Assembly (NCBI GenBank): GCA_035651635.1
Contig: DASRFK010000152.1
Location: 19,505-83,504 of the forward strand
Source of the DNA: Verrucomicrobiia bacterium
GTDB lineage: Bacteria; Verrucomicrobiota; Verrucomicrobiia; Limisphaerales; UBA8199
Reading direction: 5' to 3'
Length of the DNA stretch: 64,000 nt
This document shows, piece by piece, positions 1 through 9,091 of the stretch; within the stretch, counting starts at the first letter, position 1, and the number at the start of each line of letters is the position of its first letter. Below the pieces are notes generated by a model that saw nothing but the letters and a program-made list of their open reading frames with translations, was not told the DNA's origin and searched no databases. The position numbers and the translations under genes were made by a program.

Positions 1-345
1 ATTGCAGCGATAGAAGTCGTCACCTTTGCCCGGCGCGGTCATTTTGACCCATCGGGCAAAATCCTCTTTCTCACCTTTCGGTTTTTGAGTGAAAAGGTTG
101 TATGCGATGCGAAGAGTCATCTCGCCTCTTTTGTGGAGGTCCTCAATCACGGCGTAATCCTCGGGGTAATTCTGAAAGCCGCCCCCCGCGTCAATAATAC
201 TCGTGAGTCCAAGACGATTTAGCTCGCGCATGAAGTGGCGCGTCGAATTCCTCTGGTATTCGGGTGGCAGCTTTGGCCCCTTAGCCAATGTTGAATAAAG
301 GATGTTCGCATTGGGGCGTGCAATCAGAAGTCCTGTAGGATTCCT
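1..345 (-). pseudogene. 5'-truncated amidohydrolase (Amidohydro_3/YtcJ-like) paralog fragment; 3' part runs off the left window edge
   Basis: Minus-strand translation gives NPTGLLIARPNANILYSTLAKGPKLPPEYQRNSTRHFMRELNRLGLTSIIDAGGGFQNYPEDYAVIEDLHKRGEMTLRIAYNLFTQKPKGEKEDF..GKGDDFYRCN. This is colinear with residues ~182-280 of the intact amidohydrolase at 36266..38143. The N-terminal ~180 codons are absent and there is no start codon. Confidence 0.6.
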
Positions 346-784
346 GCGCGGCCGGCGATGTGGCTCCACAGCAGTCTTCCACAACGTAAATGTTGTAGCC
401 TGCCCCGAGCATTTCAATCGTTGGCCAAGTGACGCAAACTTCGGTCCACAGGCCCGTCATGACTATATTCTTGCGCCCGGTGGCCTCAATAGCTTTGCGG
501 AATTCCTGGGAGTCCCAAGAGTTCATTGAGGTACGTTCAACCACGGGTTGGCCGGGGAAAACGTCCAACAACTGCGGCCAGACGTAGCCGCTAAATGACT
601 CGGTTTCCACAGCGGTCAGGACCGCAGGCACGTTGAATTCCTTCGCGACCTTGGCAATAAGCGTGACGTTGTTGATGAGTGTGGCGCGATCCGCATTCGC
701 CACGCCGAAAAGCATCTGCGGCTGATGGTCTATGAATACAACTGCGGAATCAGCAGGGGTGTAGAGTTTATTATATTGATTCAT
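281..784 (-). pseudogene. isochorismatase-family hydrolase, 3'-truncated and fused out of frame to the amidohydrolase fragment
   Basis: 167-aa ORF, by eye roughly 80% identical to the first ~148 aa of the 240-aa paralog at 40918..41640 (MNQY..FIDHQPQMLFGVANADRAT..CCGATSP.AQE). After AQE it diverges into unrelated residues because the reading frame enters the amidohydrolase fragment. Confidence 0.6.
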
Positions 785-1064
785 TTGTATTTTCCTTTTG
801 TTGTTTTGGTTAGGAACTCGAGCAAATCTGTGTTTACCGTCTCCGCTTCAGTCGTGGCATCCCATGTCGAAAGCCCGGATAGCTTTTCAGTCCGCTTTTT
901 GAGCGACTTTCCAGTTAAATAACCGGAATTGAAGTTGTATCAGGCGCGCGGAATTTGAAAATGAACAATGGAAGGAAAGAGTTTTCCTTCTAAAGTAGGA
1001 GGCGAGGCGGAAAACGGACTAAATGATCCGGCTGGAAAAAGGATTTACGTATCGAAATTTGCTT

Positions 1065-1697
1065 TCAGAGACGAAGCAATCCCCGGCGGTTTGCCACGGC
1101 GATTGCTTCGGTGCGGCTCAAAACATTTAACTTCTTGAATACCGCCTGGACGTGGCTTTTCACCGTTACCTCAGAAATATCGAGTGCTGCGCCAATGAGT
1201 TTGTTTGGCTTCCCTTCCGCAAGCAGTTTCAAAACCTCGCTCTCACGCGGCGAGAGTTCTTCCCCCGGAAGTCGTTCAGCAAGTTTTGCGGCGATGGCGG
1301 CCGGAACGAATGTCCGACCGGCATGAACTTCACGAATGCACTGGAATAATTCTTCGCGCCTTACATCTTTTAGGAGATACGACTTTGCGCCAGCTCGCAT
1401 TCCGCGATAAATGTCCTCGTCGCCGTCAAATGTGGTAAGAACAATAACTCGGGCGTTTGGTTCGGCAGCGCGGATTTCGTAAATGGCATTCACGCCGTCC
1501 AGTTCCGGCATCCGCAAATCCATCAGCGTAACATCCGGCCTGTGTTTTTTCCAAAGTTCAACCGCCTTACGGCCGTCACCGGTTTCGGCCACCACGTCCA
1601 TATCTTTCTCTTGTTTGATGATTGCAACCAAGCCATCACGAACGACCGTATGATCGTCGGCGACTAAAACACGGATCGCTTTTTTTGCTCTATTCAA
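1065..1697 (-). CDS. NarL/FixJ-family response regulator (receiver + LuxR-type HTH)
   Basis: 210 aa. Receiver motifs VLVADDH and DVTLMDLRMPELDG. C-terminal GerE/LuxR HTH LSPRESEVLKLLAEGKPNKLIGAALDISEVTVKSHV. Overlaps the upstream kinase gene by 8 nt. Confidence 0.9.
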   Translation of the reverse strand: MNRAKKAIRVLVADDHTVVRDGLVAIIKQEKDMDVVAETGDGRKAVELWKKHRPDVTLMDLRMPELDGVNAIYEIRAAEPNARVIVLTTFDGDEDIYRGMRAGAKSYLLKDVRREELFQCIREVHAGRTFVPAAIAAKLAERLPGEELSPRESEVLKLLAEGKPNKLIGAALDISEVTVKSHVQAVFKKLNVLSRTEAIAVANRRGLLRL

Positions 1698-4593
1698 TTC
1701 CTTTTTCCGGCTTTAGCGCGGATCGTTGTTTCAACACAACGAGAATTTCAGTTCCGACACTTTGCTTTGTGCGAATTATGAACTCTCCGCCCATCCGGTC
1801 AACCCGTTCCTTCATGCCGATCAAACCAAAACCGTCATGCTCTTTCTGCGGATCAAAGCCGCGCCCGTCGTCCACAAGGAGAAGCTGAATCCTATCTGCA
1901 CCAATGTTCAATGTTGCCTTGAAATTCCGGGCGTCCGCGTGTTTGACAGCGTTGGTGAGAGCCTCTTGGGTGATGCGCAACAAATCCTCTTCGTAGTCAG
2001 ACGGCATGGACGCCTCATCGCCTTCTGCTTGGAATTCTGCGTTAAGATTCGTGCCTTCCGCCATGCGTTTGAGCAAATCGTCCAAGGCCAAAAATAATTT
2101 GCCGGCGCGAAGCGAACGAGGGCGCAGCGCCCGAACTGACCGGCGGGCTTCTCCAAGGCTTGACCTTGCAAGGTCGCTTGCCCGCTCAATCCGATTCGCT
2201 GCTTCGGCAAGGTTGCCCTGCACCGTCGCGCCTTTTGCCGCCTCCAGTTGCATGATGACACCGGTGAATCCCTGCGCCAGCGTGTCGTGAATGTCGCGCG
2301 CCATGCGATTTCGCTCCGCGATCACGGCGGATTCGCGGCTCTCCGCTGAAAAACGAGTCAACTGCATTAGCAGCATGGCTTGATTTGCCAGTGCGTGGGC
2401 CAGTTCCAATTCGTCGGCGCTAAACACGCGCTTTTGGGTAAAACGAATGGAGATGACTGCATCAACCCGGCCGGAAATTGACATCGGGACGATAAGGATA
2501 GTTATGACGCCAAGAGAAACCAAACGTTCTTGCCATGAGAAAAATGGTAATTCGCGAATGTCTTCGATCACGCCGGGCTTGCCCGTTCGGACAACCTCAG
2601 GCCATCCCCAGAATTCCTCCATTGGCAAGGTAAGAGGGATCCCGGCAAGAACCAGGTCGGATTTCGTCACGAATCTGCCATCCTCGAAAGAAAACTGAAA
2701 ACCAATCAAGTTGTTGACCTCGCGCTGCCACACGCTACAGCTATGTGCCCCTAACTGTGTAGTGATAGTCCGCAATACATGCTCCACTAGGCGGTCGGGG
2801 GAAGCTTCCATCGCCAATGCGTCCATCGTGCTTTTGAGCGCCTCGACCTGACCTCGGGCAAATTTTTCCGAAGCGCGGAGCGATTCTGCTGCCTGGGTTC
2901 GTTCCGTAACGTCCATCAACGTACCGATATATTCTAAATTGCCCAATTCATCCCTGGCGGCGCGGGCAACCATTTGGACCCATTTAACCGTGCCATCCGG
3001 CAGCAAAAGTCGATGTTCATATTCAAGATCTTTGCCTTCCTGCAGTGGGCTCCGGAGTGTCTCGACTAAGGTTCCGATATCATCCGGATGAATCCGCTGG
3101 CGGGCAAATTCCGACGTCGGCTTGACGCTTGGATCGATTCCATAAATGCGAAACATTTCGGCAGACCAAAGGACTTCGCCACTGGCAGGCTTCCATGAAA
3201 AGCTTCCCGTGCGACTCAGCCTTTGGGCTTCAGTAAGGTAAGCTTCACTTTTCTGTAGTGCTTCTTGGGCCTTCACTCGTTCGGTGACATCCATCACCGT
3301 TCCCATTAGCTTCAACTTCCCCTCGTCATCTCTCACGGGTTGGGAAATTGCTTCTATGTTTTTGCGGGTGCCATCCGGGAGGATGAAAATGTATTTGATC
3401 GGCCGTGGTTCGCCGGTCTCAAAGCTATCACGAAGACCACGCTCGACCGCTTCGCGATCCTCCGGACGCAACAGTTCCCGAAACTCGCTGTATTGCGGAA
3501 AAGGCGGCGGGTCAGGAAATCCAAAGATGCGGCAGGTCTCAACCGAACATTCCGTGTTCCCGGTTAGATAATCCAAAACCCAGCTCCCGGTCTTCGTCAA
3601 CCGCTGACCTTCGGCAAGATTTCTTTCGCTTCGTCGCAAACGCTTTTCGAGAAGTTTCTGCTCCGTGATGTCCATGACGGCGCCGACAAACTCAAGTTGG
3701 CCGTCGGCCAATTTTTCGGGTTTTGCAATCACGTGGACATATTTGATGAAGCCATCGGGCATGATTAGTCGATGCTCGAAATCGAAGCTCTTTTGGCTCA
3801 GGGAAGCCTCGTCCAATTGCTGCTTTACGAAGCTGAGATCGTCTTTGTGAATGCGGGCGAAAACGCTATCGAGGTTTGGCTTGCTCAATTTGTCAAAGCC
3901 AAGAATACAAAAGGTCTCGTCTGACCAGTAGAGCTCACCAGTCGTTACATTCCAACCAAAACTTCCCGTAGCGCTTAGGTGTTGGGCCTCGGCGAGGTAT
4001 GCTTTGCTTCGCCGAAGTTCATCAAGCGCGAGACTTAAGTCCTTTGTCCGCTCCGCAACCTGTCCTTCAAGAAGCGAGTTGTTGTGGCGAAGGGAAACTT
4101 CCGCATTTTTCCTCTCAGTAATATCAACGAGCGTGCCGATGAAACGAACCGCTTCACCGCTCGGCCCCAAAAAAGCTTGCCCACGCGCGGCAACCCACCC
4201 CTCTTTGCCATCATCTGGATTTATGATTCGATACTCGGTCTCGTAGCGTCCGGCGTTTACACCCTTCAGTGCTTCAAGCACCAAATTGTTGACTCTCTCC
4301 CGGTCGTCTGGGTGGACACATCGGAGAAAGATTTCGTGTGTAACTTCGGTTTCAAGGGGTAATCCAAAAATTTCCTTCAAACGGGGAGACCAATCGCCTG
4401 CGTTTTTCAAGTCCGTCGAATTCCAAACCCAGAGACCAACTCGGCCCGCTTCAATAGCGAGCCGCAATCGTTGATCACTCTCAACGAGTTGTTGATTGAG
4501 TCGCTTAAGTTGTTCAGTTTGCGCAACCAGATCGGCATTTAGAGCTTGGGGCTCATTGCTCGCATTGGCAGATTTGTCAGGTGTCCCATTCAT
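1690..4593 (-). CDS. multi-PAS/GAF sensor histidine kinase (HisKA_3 + HATPase_c, NarX-type)
   Basis: Long ORF; likely start MNGTPDKS at 4593 (the ORF track extends to 4650). N-terminal coiled coil. Four PAS-like repeats, each preceded by AEAQ(R/H)LS.TGS(F/W). A GAF-like segment, an H-box ERNRMARDIHDTLAQGFTG, and an ATPase with DDGRGF and GFGLIGMKERV. Confidence 0.9.
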   Translation of the reverse strand: MNGTPDKSANASNEPQALNADLVAQTEQLKRLNQQLVESDQRLRLAIEAGRVGLWVWNSTDLKNAGDWSPRLKEIFGLPLETEVTHEIFLRCVHPDDRERVNNLVLEALKGVNAGRYETEYRIINPDDGKEGWVAARGQAFLGPSGEAVRFIGTLVDITERKNAEVSLRHNNSLLEGQVAERTKDLSLALDELRRSKAYLAEAQHLSATGSFGWNVTTGELYWSDETFCILGFDKLSKPNLDSVFARIHKDDLSFVKQQLDEASLSQKSFDFEHRLIMPDGFIKYVHVIAKPEKLADGQLEFVGAVMDITEQKLLEKRLRRSERNLAEGQRLTKTGSWVLDYLTGNTECSVETCRIFGFPDPPPFPQYSEFRELLRPEDREAVERGLRDSFETGEPRPIKYIFILPDGTRKNIEAISQPVRDDEGKLKLMGTVMDVTERVKAQEALQKSEAYLTEAQRLSRTGSFSWKPASGEVLWSAEMFRIYGIDPSVKPTSEFARQRIHPDDIGTLVETLRSPLQEGKDLEYEHRLLLPDGTVKWVQMVARAARDELGNLEYIGTLMDVTERTQAAESLRASEKFARGQVEALKSTMDALAMEASPDRLVEHVLRTITTQLGAHSCSVWQREVNNLIGFQFSFEDGRFVTKSDLVLAGIPLTLPMEEFWGWPEVVRTGKPGVIEDIRELPFFSWQERLVSLGVITILIVPMSISGRVDAVISIRFTQKRVFSADELELAHALANQAMLLMQLTRFSAESRESAVIAERNRMARDIHDTLAQGFTGVIMQLEAAKGATVQGNLAEAANRIERASDLARSSLGEARRSVRALRPRSLRAGKLFLALDDLLKRMAEGTNLNAEFQAEGDEASMPSDYEEDLLRITQEALTNAVKHADARNFKATLNIGADRIQLLLVDDGRGFDPQKEHDGFGLIGMKERVDRMGGEFIIRTKQSVGTEILVVLKQRSALKPEKGIE

Positions 4594-4743
4594 TTCGAGT
4601 GACCGAGCGAAACTGAATGGAGAATCGCGCTGCAGCCATAAAAAAAGCAAGCGCCTTTATCCAAGAACCAATTACCAACCCAATTTTCAGTTGAAACGAC
4701 ATCCAACATGCGGAGTCAGTTTCGCTGATTAGGGCCGTGATAA

Positions 4744-5186
4744 GCGCGAATTAAAACGTAGAGGGCATGGAATCGAGGAACATGTAGAGCACTGCAATTT
4801 TGCCATCGTGAACGATGATTACATCCAAGCCAGTGTAGTCGGGTGCCTCGCCGCGCGGGCCCGAACCCCAGGCGAGGCGACCGGCGGCATTCTGGAGAGC
4901 CTGAGGCTGGTCGTGGGCAAGAAACCAAATGGGAAATGTCAGATCATTTCGTCTTCGGTTTCGAAACTAGGAAGACTCGCATGCTTGCGAGCTTTCCGTT
5001 TTCGATCGTGAAGATAGCGTCCTGTCGGAGGGATGGATCGCTGAGGTATTCATAATTCTCCCTGAACCGCACCACTTGGTACGCCGGAGGCGAATAAGAA
5101 TGTTCGCTTGAGCTTGTCATGTCCTGAGCCATCACTTGTGTTGCCAATGACATGAAAAGCACAAAGAAGCCTGTCGACAGCTTCAT
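4744..5186 (-). pseudogene. patch of gene fragments: alginate-export-type porin N-terminus followed by NTF2/SnoaL-like C-terminal pieces
   Basis: ORF 4944..5186 has a signal peptide plus YQVVRFRENYEYLSDPSLRQD, matching YKMVRFDEDYSCLTNPANRSD of the porin at 38712..40115. It then switches to AIFTIENGKLASMRVF. A second start-less frame (4744..~4940) reads ..PDYTGLDVIIVHDGKIAVLYMFLDS, which is typical of an NTF2-like C-terminus. Confidence 0.35.
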
Positions 5187-5687
5187 TGGCTTTTAGTGTT
5201 CTAGCCTAGTCGCCGACGAAGCCTTTGTTGAGGCATCGTCGGCGATACTCTTTTATTTGGTGAGTTCCGGCCGACCGATAGCATGCGCGAAGGGTCGGGC
5301 TGAGGCTTCGCAGCCTCGGTAGTTCCACCTTGTATAACCCAACTGGAAATAATCGACCCTCAACCGAAGAGTTCTGGTCTTGGCCGCAAGGATTTACGAA
5401 CACAGCCTGGGTCGCTTCCTCGGCGTCGGGTGGCCGGTTGCCGTCGGGTCGAGTGCCGGAGGTCATAGCTAGTTTGGTTCGTAATGTGAGGGCAGCTGCC
5501 AACACCTTTGCTCACAGCGTTCAGGTGGTTTCAGACGCGAAACATGATTCAATATGAAACCCAATTCACACCCTTGCCGACTGGACGTTCTTTCAGAAAA
5601 TGTCCGGCGAAGAAATGGGCATGGCCCGCCCTCTCCGTGAAATGGAGCGTTATACTAGACTGCAACATGGCCTGAGCTGGCCATGTG

Positions 5688-6344
5688 CTAGTGCTTCTGT
5701 CCGCCAGAAGTGAGGAGCTGCAATTCCCACGCGAGGCTGGTACCGGTTGAACCGCCGTGCACCAAACTGATCTCGGCCACGGCCCCCACCGTCGCTTCCC
5801 GGGCCCAATCACGTTGCCACTCGCTCATGACACCCATCCAAGTGAGGGGCACTGCGCCAGCCTGGACGAGGCGCTGAATTGCACGTTCGTGAGCTTCGAC
5901 GCTGACACCGCCTGATGCGTCCGTAACAACATAAACGTCGTAGCCGTCGCCCAGCGCATGGATCGCCGGAAATGCGAGACAAATCTCCGTCCACAGCGCA
6001 GCGAAAACAATTTTCTTGCGGCCAGTCTTTTTCACAAGATCGACCACGCGTGAATCCTCCCAGGTATTGAGCGTCGTTCGATCAATCGGCACCTGATCGG
6101 GGAACACGGCTTGAAGCGCCTGCGGAAGGTTGCCGCCACGATCCTTGACGACGGTAGTGAGGATCGTGGGCACCTTAAACGCTTTCGCCGCCTTCGCGAG
6201 TCCGATGGTGTTGTTGAGAATCATTGTCGGATCCATGTTTCGCGTGTTGGCGAACTGGAACGGCTGGTGGTCGATCAAGATGAGGACGGAATTCTCTGGA
6301 GTGAGCAGCGCGTCGAGACCAACTTTGCTTTCTTTTGTATTCAT
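5688..6344 (-). CDS. isochorismatase-family hydrolase
   Basis: 218 aa. VLILIDHQPFQF, KKIVFAALWTEICLAFPAIHALGDGYDVYVVTDASGG (conserved Cys). Confidence 0.85.
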   Translation of the reverse strand: MNTKESKVGLDALLTPENSVLILIDHQPFQFANTRNMDPTMILNNTIGLAKAAKAFKVPTILTTVVKDRGGNLPQALQAVFPDQVPIDRTTLNTWEDSRVVDLVKKTGRKKIVFAALWTEICLAFPAIHALGDGYDVYVVTDASGGVSVEAHERAIQRLVQAGAVPLTWMGVMSEWQRDWAREATVGAVAEISLVHGGSTGTSLAWELQLLTSGGQKH

Positions 6345-6409
6345 GAATAGAATTTTGGTTCTTCCTGGGTGAATTTGATCAGGCGATGATGATTCGAAGC
6401 TACGTTTTT

Positions 6410-6868
6410 TTAGAACATTCCGTTTGGATTAGCGCGGGGGATGTTCGGGCCGATTAACGGCGCTGAGTTCTTCGGGTCGCCAACCACTTGCAGCGTGTCC
6501 CAATGCTCGATGGCCTTGCCTTCTGCATCCATTTTGTAGATGTCAACTCCCGCGATACCCGTATCGTTCGGATCATCGTTGAATAGATTCAGAAAATTCA
6601 CGTGCGCCCATACATAGTCGCCGACAGCAATGATGCGATGGACCACAACGCGGGCACGAGGTCGGCTACTGGTAATCTGGGCGAAAAATTTCCCCAGCGC
6701 GTCTGAACCGTCCGCAATAAGCGGGTTGTGCTGGATATAGCCTGGGCTGATGAATTTGCCGACGGATTCCTCAGACTTTTTCTGATTGATCACCAGATCG
6801 TAGAAGCCAAGGACATTGTTCTTGTTGCGAATGGCGCGACTATCGTTGCTATCGATTATTTCAATCAT
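6410..6868 (-). CDS. NTF2-fold SnoaL-like protein (COG4922-type)
   Basis: 152 aa. NKNNVLGFYDLVINQKK..YIQHNP..VVHRIIAVGDYVWAHVNF..GVDIYKMDAEGKAIEHWD. Confidence 0.75.
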   Translation of the reverse strand: MIEIIDSNDSRAIRNKNNVLGFYDLVINQKKSEESVGKFISPGYIQHNPLIADGSDALGKFFAQITSSRPRARVVVHRIIAVGDYVWAHVNFLNLFNDDPNDTGIAGVDIYKMDAEGKAIEHWDTLQVVGDPKNSAPLIGPNIPRANPNGMF

Positions 6869-6885
6869 GACTGAATCCCATTGTT

Positions 6886-7749
6886 TTATTTAAGACCGAC
6901 GAGTTGGAGGCGAATCGAGTCCAATTCGGCATCAGATTTTTCACGGACGAGTTTGAGAATTTCTTCAGAGTCTTGACCCACCGTTGCCCGCGTTGGCGCA
7001 GGCGTTTGTTCAGCTAGATCTATCACCTTGCTGGCGGCGGAGGCTGAGTCAAGACCGCTGTTCTGCATGCCATTGAGAGCGGATGTGAATGACTTAAAAG
7101 ATTGTCCATACAGCTCACGTTGTTCGGGCGTCATTCCAGAGGCGACTCGTGTGAGGGCTGCGGCTGTTTTCTCGGGGCCCCCGGTTTTCATATTGCCCGC
7201 CAGTGCAACCACTACGTCGATGCCGAACTGTTTCAATTCAGCTCGGTAAACAGTTGCAAACACCTCCATCGCGGCCTTCGATGCGCCAGATGGTCCGTTG
7301 AATGGGAGCGGCAAACTGGCTGTCCACGTGCTGATCTGCACGATGCGTCCACGTGCCTTGCGAAGTGCTGGCAAGAACGCGTTAATGACTGACATGGCGC
7401 CGAAGACGTTGACCTCAAATTCGCGCCGGATAGCGGCAAGCGGCAAGATTTCAATCGGCCCTGGGGTGAGAATGCCAGCATTGCTGATGAGAAGGTCGAG
7501 GCCGTCTTCACCCAGAATATCCGACAAGCCGCGCGCCCAGACTTGGACGTTCTTTTCATCAGTAATGTCGCAAATACTCAACGCGACTTTCCCGCCGGAC
7601 GCCTGCCTAAGATCGGCTATCTCACCGTTCGCTATCGCGGTGCCGAAAACCCGATAACCTTTTGCGGCCAGGCCGAGCGCAATGTCCCTACCAAGACCGC
7701 TGCCGGCGCCGGTGATTACCGCTGATCTTTGTTTTTTCGAGCTCCTCAT
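6886..7749 (-). CDS. short-chain dehydrogenase/reductase (SDR)
   Basis: 287 aa. TGAGSGLGRDIAL glycine motif, NAGI, and an S..Y...K-type region GPSGASKAAMEVF. Confidence 0.85.
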   Translation of the reverse strand: MRSSKKQRSAVITGAGSGLGRDIALGLAAKGYRVFGTAIANGEIADLRQASGGKVALSICDITDEKNVQVWARGLSDILGEDGLDLLISNAGILTPGPIEILPLAAIRREFEVNVFGAMSVINAFLPALRKARGRIVQISTWTASLPLPFNGPSGASKAAMEVFATVYRAELKQFGIDVVVALAGNMKTGGPEKTAAALTRVASGMTPEQRELYGQSFKSFTSALNGMQNSGLDSASAASKVIDLAEQTPAPTRATVGQDSEEILKLVREKSDAELDSIRLQLVGLK

Positions 7750-7874
7750 AAATCAGTTTAATTGTTTCAAGGTTTTGTTGGAGTTGCAGATCGCCAACTC
7801 TCCATCCGTCAATTGACACATACGAAAATATCCCTGGCGTAAGAAACTGCCCAATGCTTTATTTTTTACCTCGT

Positions 7875-7891
7875 TCATACTTTTGGTATGA
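7875..7891. promoter_or_regulatory. LysR-type operator palindrome TCATAC-N5-GTATGA
   Basis: Perfect 6-5-6 inverted repeat, 15 nt upstream of the LysR start at 7906, in the divergent intergenic region. A near-identical site lies at 13898..13914 next to the paralogous LysR. Confidence 0.55.
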
Positions 7892-7905
7892 GCTACCTTT
7901 GCGCT

Positions 7906-8805
7906 ATGGAACTTCGCCACCTGCGCTATTTCATCGCCGTTGCAGCGCACGGTTCTTTCAATCGTGCGGCGGAGGTTCTGCACCTGACCCAGCCAGCGCT
8001 CAGTCGCCAGGTGAAGGACCTCGAAGAAGAACTCGGTGTGTCGCTTCTCGTGCGCGGCCAAAACACGGTGAAGCTCACTGAATCAGGCCATCTATTTTGT
8101 GAGGAAGCGCGCGAAGTGATCGCCCGTGCGAATGAGGCCGTTCAACGAGTGCGGGGCGAAGCGCGAAACGAGACGCTACGTTTAGGTTACGCCCCCTCCA
8201 TCATTGCCGGTATCATGTCCGGCGTTTTGGAAAGATTTCTATCGACCACTCCGCGTGTGCGCATCGAGTTGATGGATCTTTCTTCAAGGGAAATTAACGA
8301 ATTGGCTGACGAAGGACGGCTCGACTTGGTAATCAGCCCCGGCATTTCAATAACGAAGGGAATTTCAGAATTCCAATGGACCGAGTTGCACCGCTTGCAG
8401 CCTGTTTTGATCATGCCTGTGACGCACCCGCTTGCAAAGTTAAAGCGAATTCCCCCTATGCGCTTGCGCGATCTTCCCCTCATCGGTCTGGCGAGGGGCA
8501 ATTATCCCGAATACGTGCCGCACGTGCGCGGATTACTTAAATCCTTCGGTGTTTCGCCGCGCTTCGTTTCGCTTGTGAATGATGGCCTCTCAACCTTGTT
8601 CACGGAATTGGAGGCGCACCGTGCAGCGGCAATTTTAACCGAAGGCATCATCAGTATCATGCCACGGACCCTCGTTACCCGACCATTTGCGCCGGTGTTG
8701 CACAGCACTGCAGTGATGATCGGCATTTCGGCGCTACGCCCCAACCGACACGCCGAAACCTTTTCGCGAATGCTGCTCGAAGAAGCGCGGCGCCGGCAAA
8801 AGTGA
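7906..8805 (+). CDS. LysR-family transcriptional regulator
   Basis: Starts MELRHLRYFIAVAAHGSFNRAAEVLHLTQPALSRQVKDLEEELG (the ORF track starts at 7888). Divergent from the SDR/SnoaL/isochorismatase operon. Confidence 0.9.
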   Translation: MELRHLRYFIAVAAHGSFNRAAEVLHLTQPALSRQVKDLEEELGVSLLVRGQNTVKLTESGHLFCEEAREVIARANEAVQRVRGEARNETLRLGYAPSIIAGIMSGVLERFLSTTPRVRIELMDLSSREINELADEGRLDLVISPGISITKGISEFQWTELHRLQPVLIMPVTHPLAKLKRIPPMRLRDLPLIGLARGNYPEYVPHVRGLLKSFGVSPRFVSLVNDGLSTLFTELEAHRAAAILTEGIISIMPRTLVTRPFAPVLHSTAVMIGISALRPNRHAETFSRMLLEEARRRQK

Positions 8806-9091
8806 AACGTGAATGCGAGTCCTGGGTCCGGTTGTTTCAGAAGTCGTGGTAAGACTAAGGCCGGCACCGTGGCTTCCATAATCACCTCCCACTCCGTGGA
8901 GGATATGAAGCTGAAGAAGGCCGATCTAATATTCGTCATGATCAAAGCCACAGGCCCCTCAATACAAAAGTTCCGAGGTCAGGGCCATTAGGCCGAGCTA
9001 TCAAAAGGCTCCACGGTAACTGCTTCCAAACCGTTTACGTGAGTGATCAACTCGACCAATCGCTCGCCGATAACTTGGATCAACTCTCGGG

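Noticed and set aside
8809-8991. Short ORF with ..GTVASIITSHSVEDMKLKKADLIFVMIKATGPSIQK, reminiscent of a TOBE/Mop domain C-terminus.
   Set aside because: Only about 35 residues match the pattern and the N-terminal half does not. Probably a decayed remnant, and too weak to annotate.
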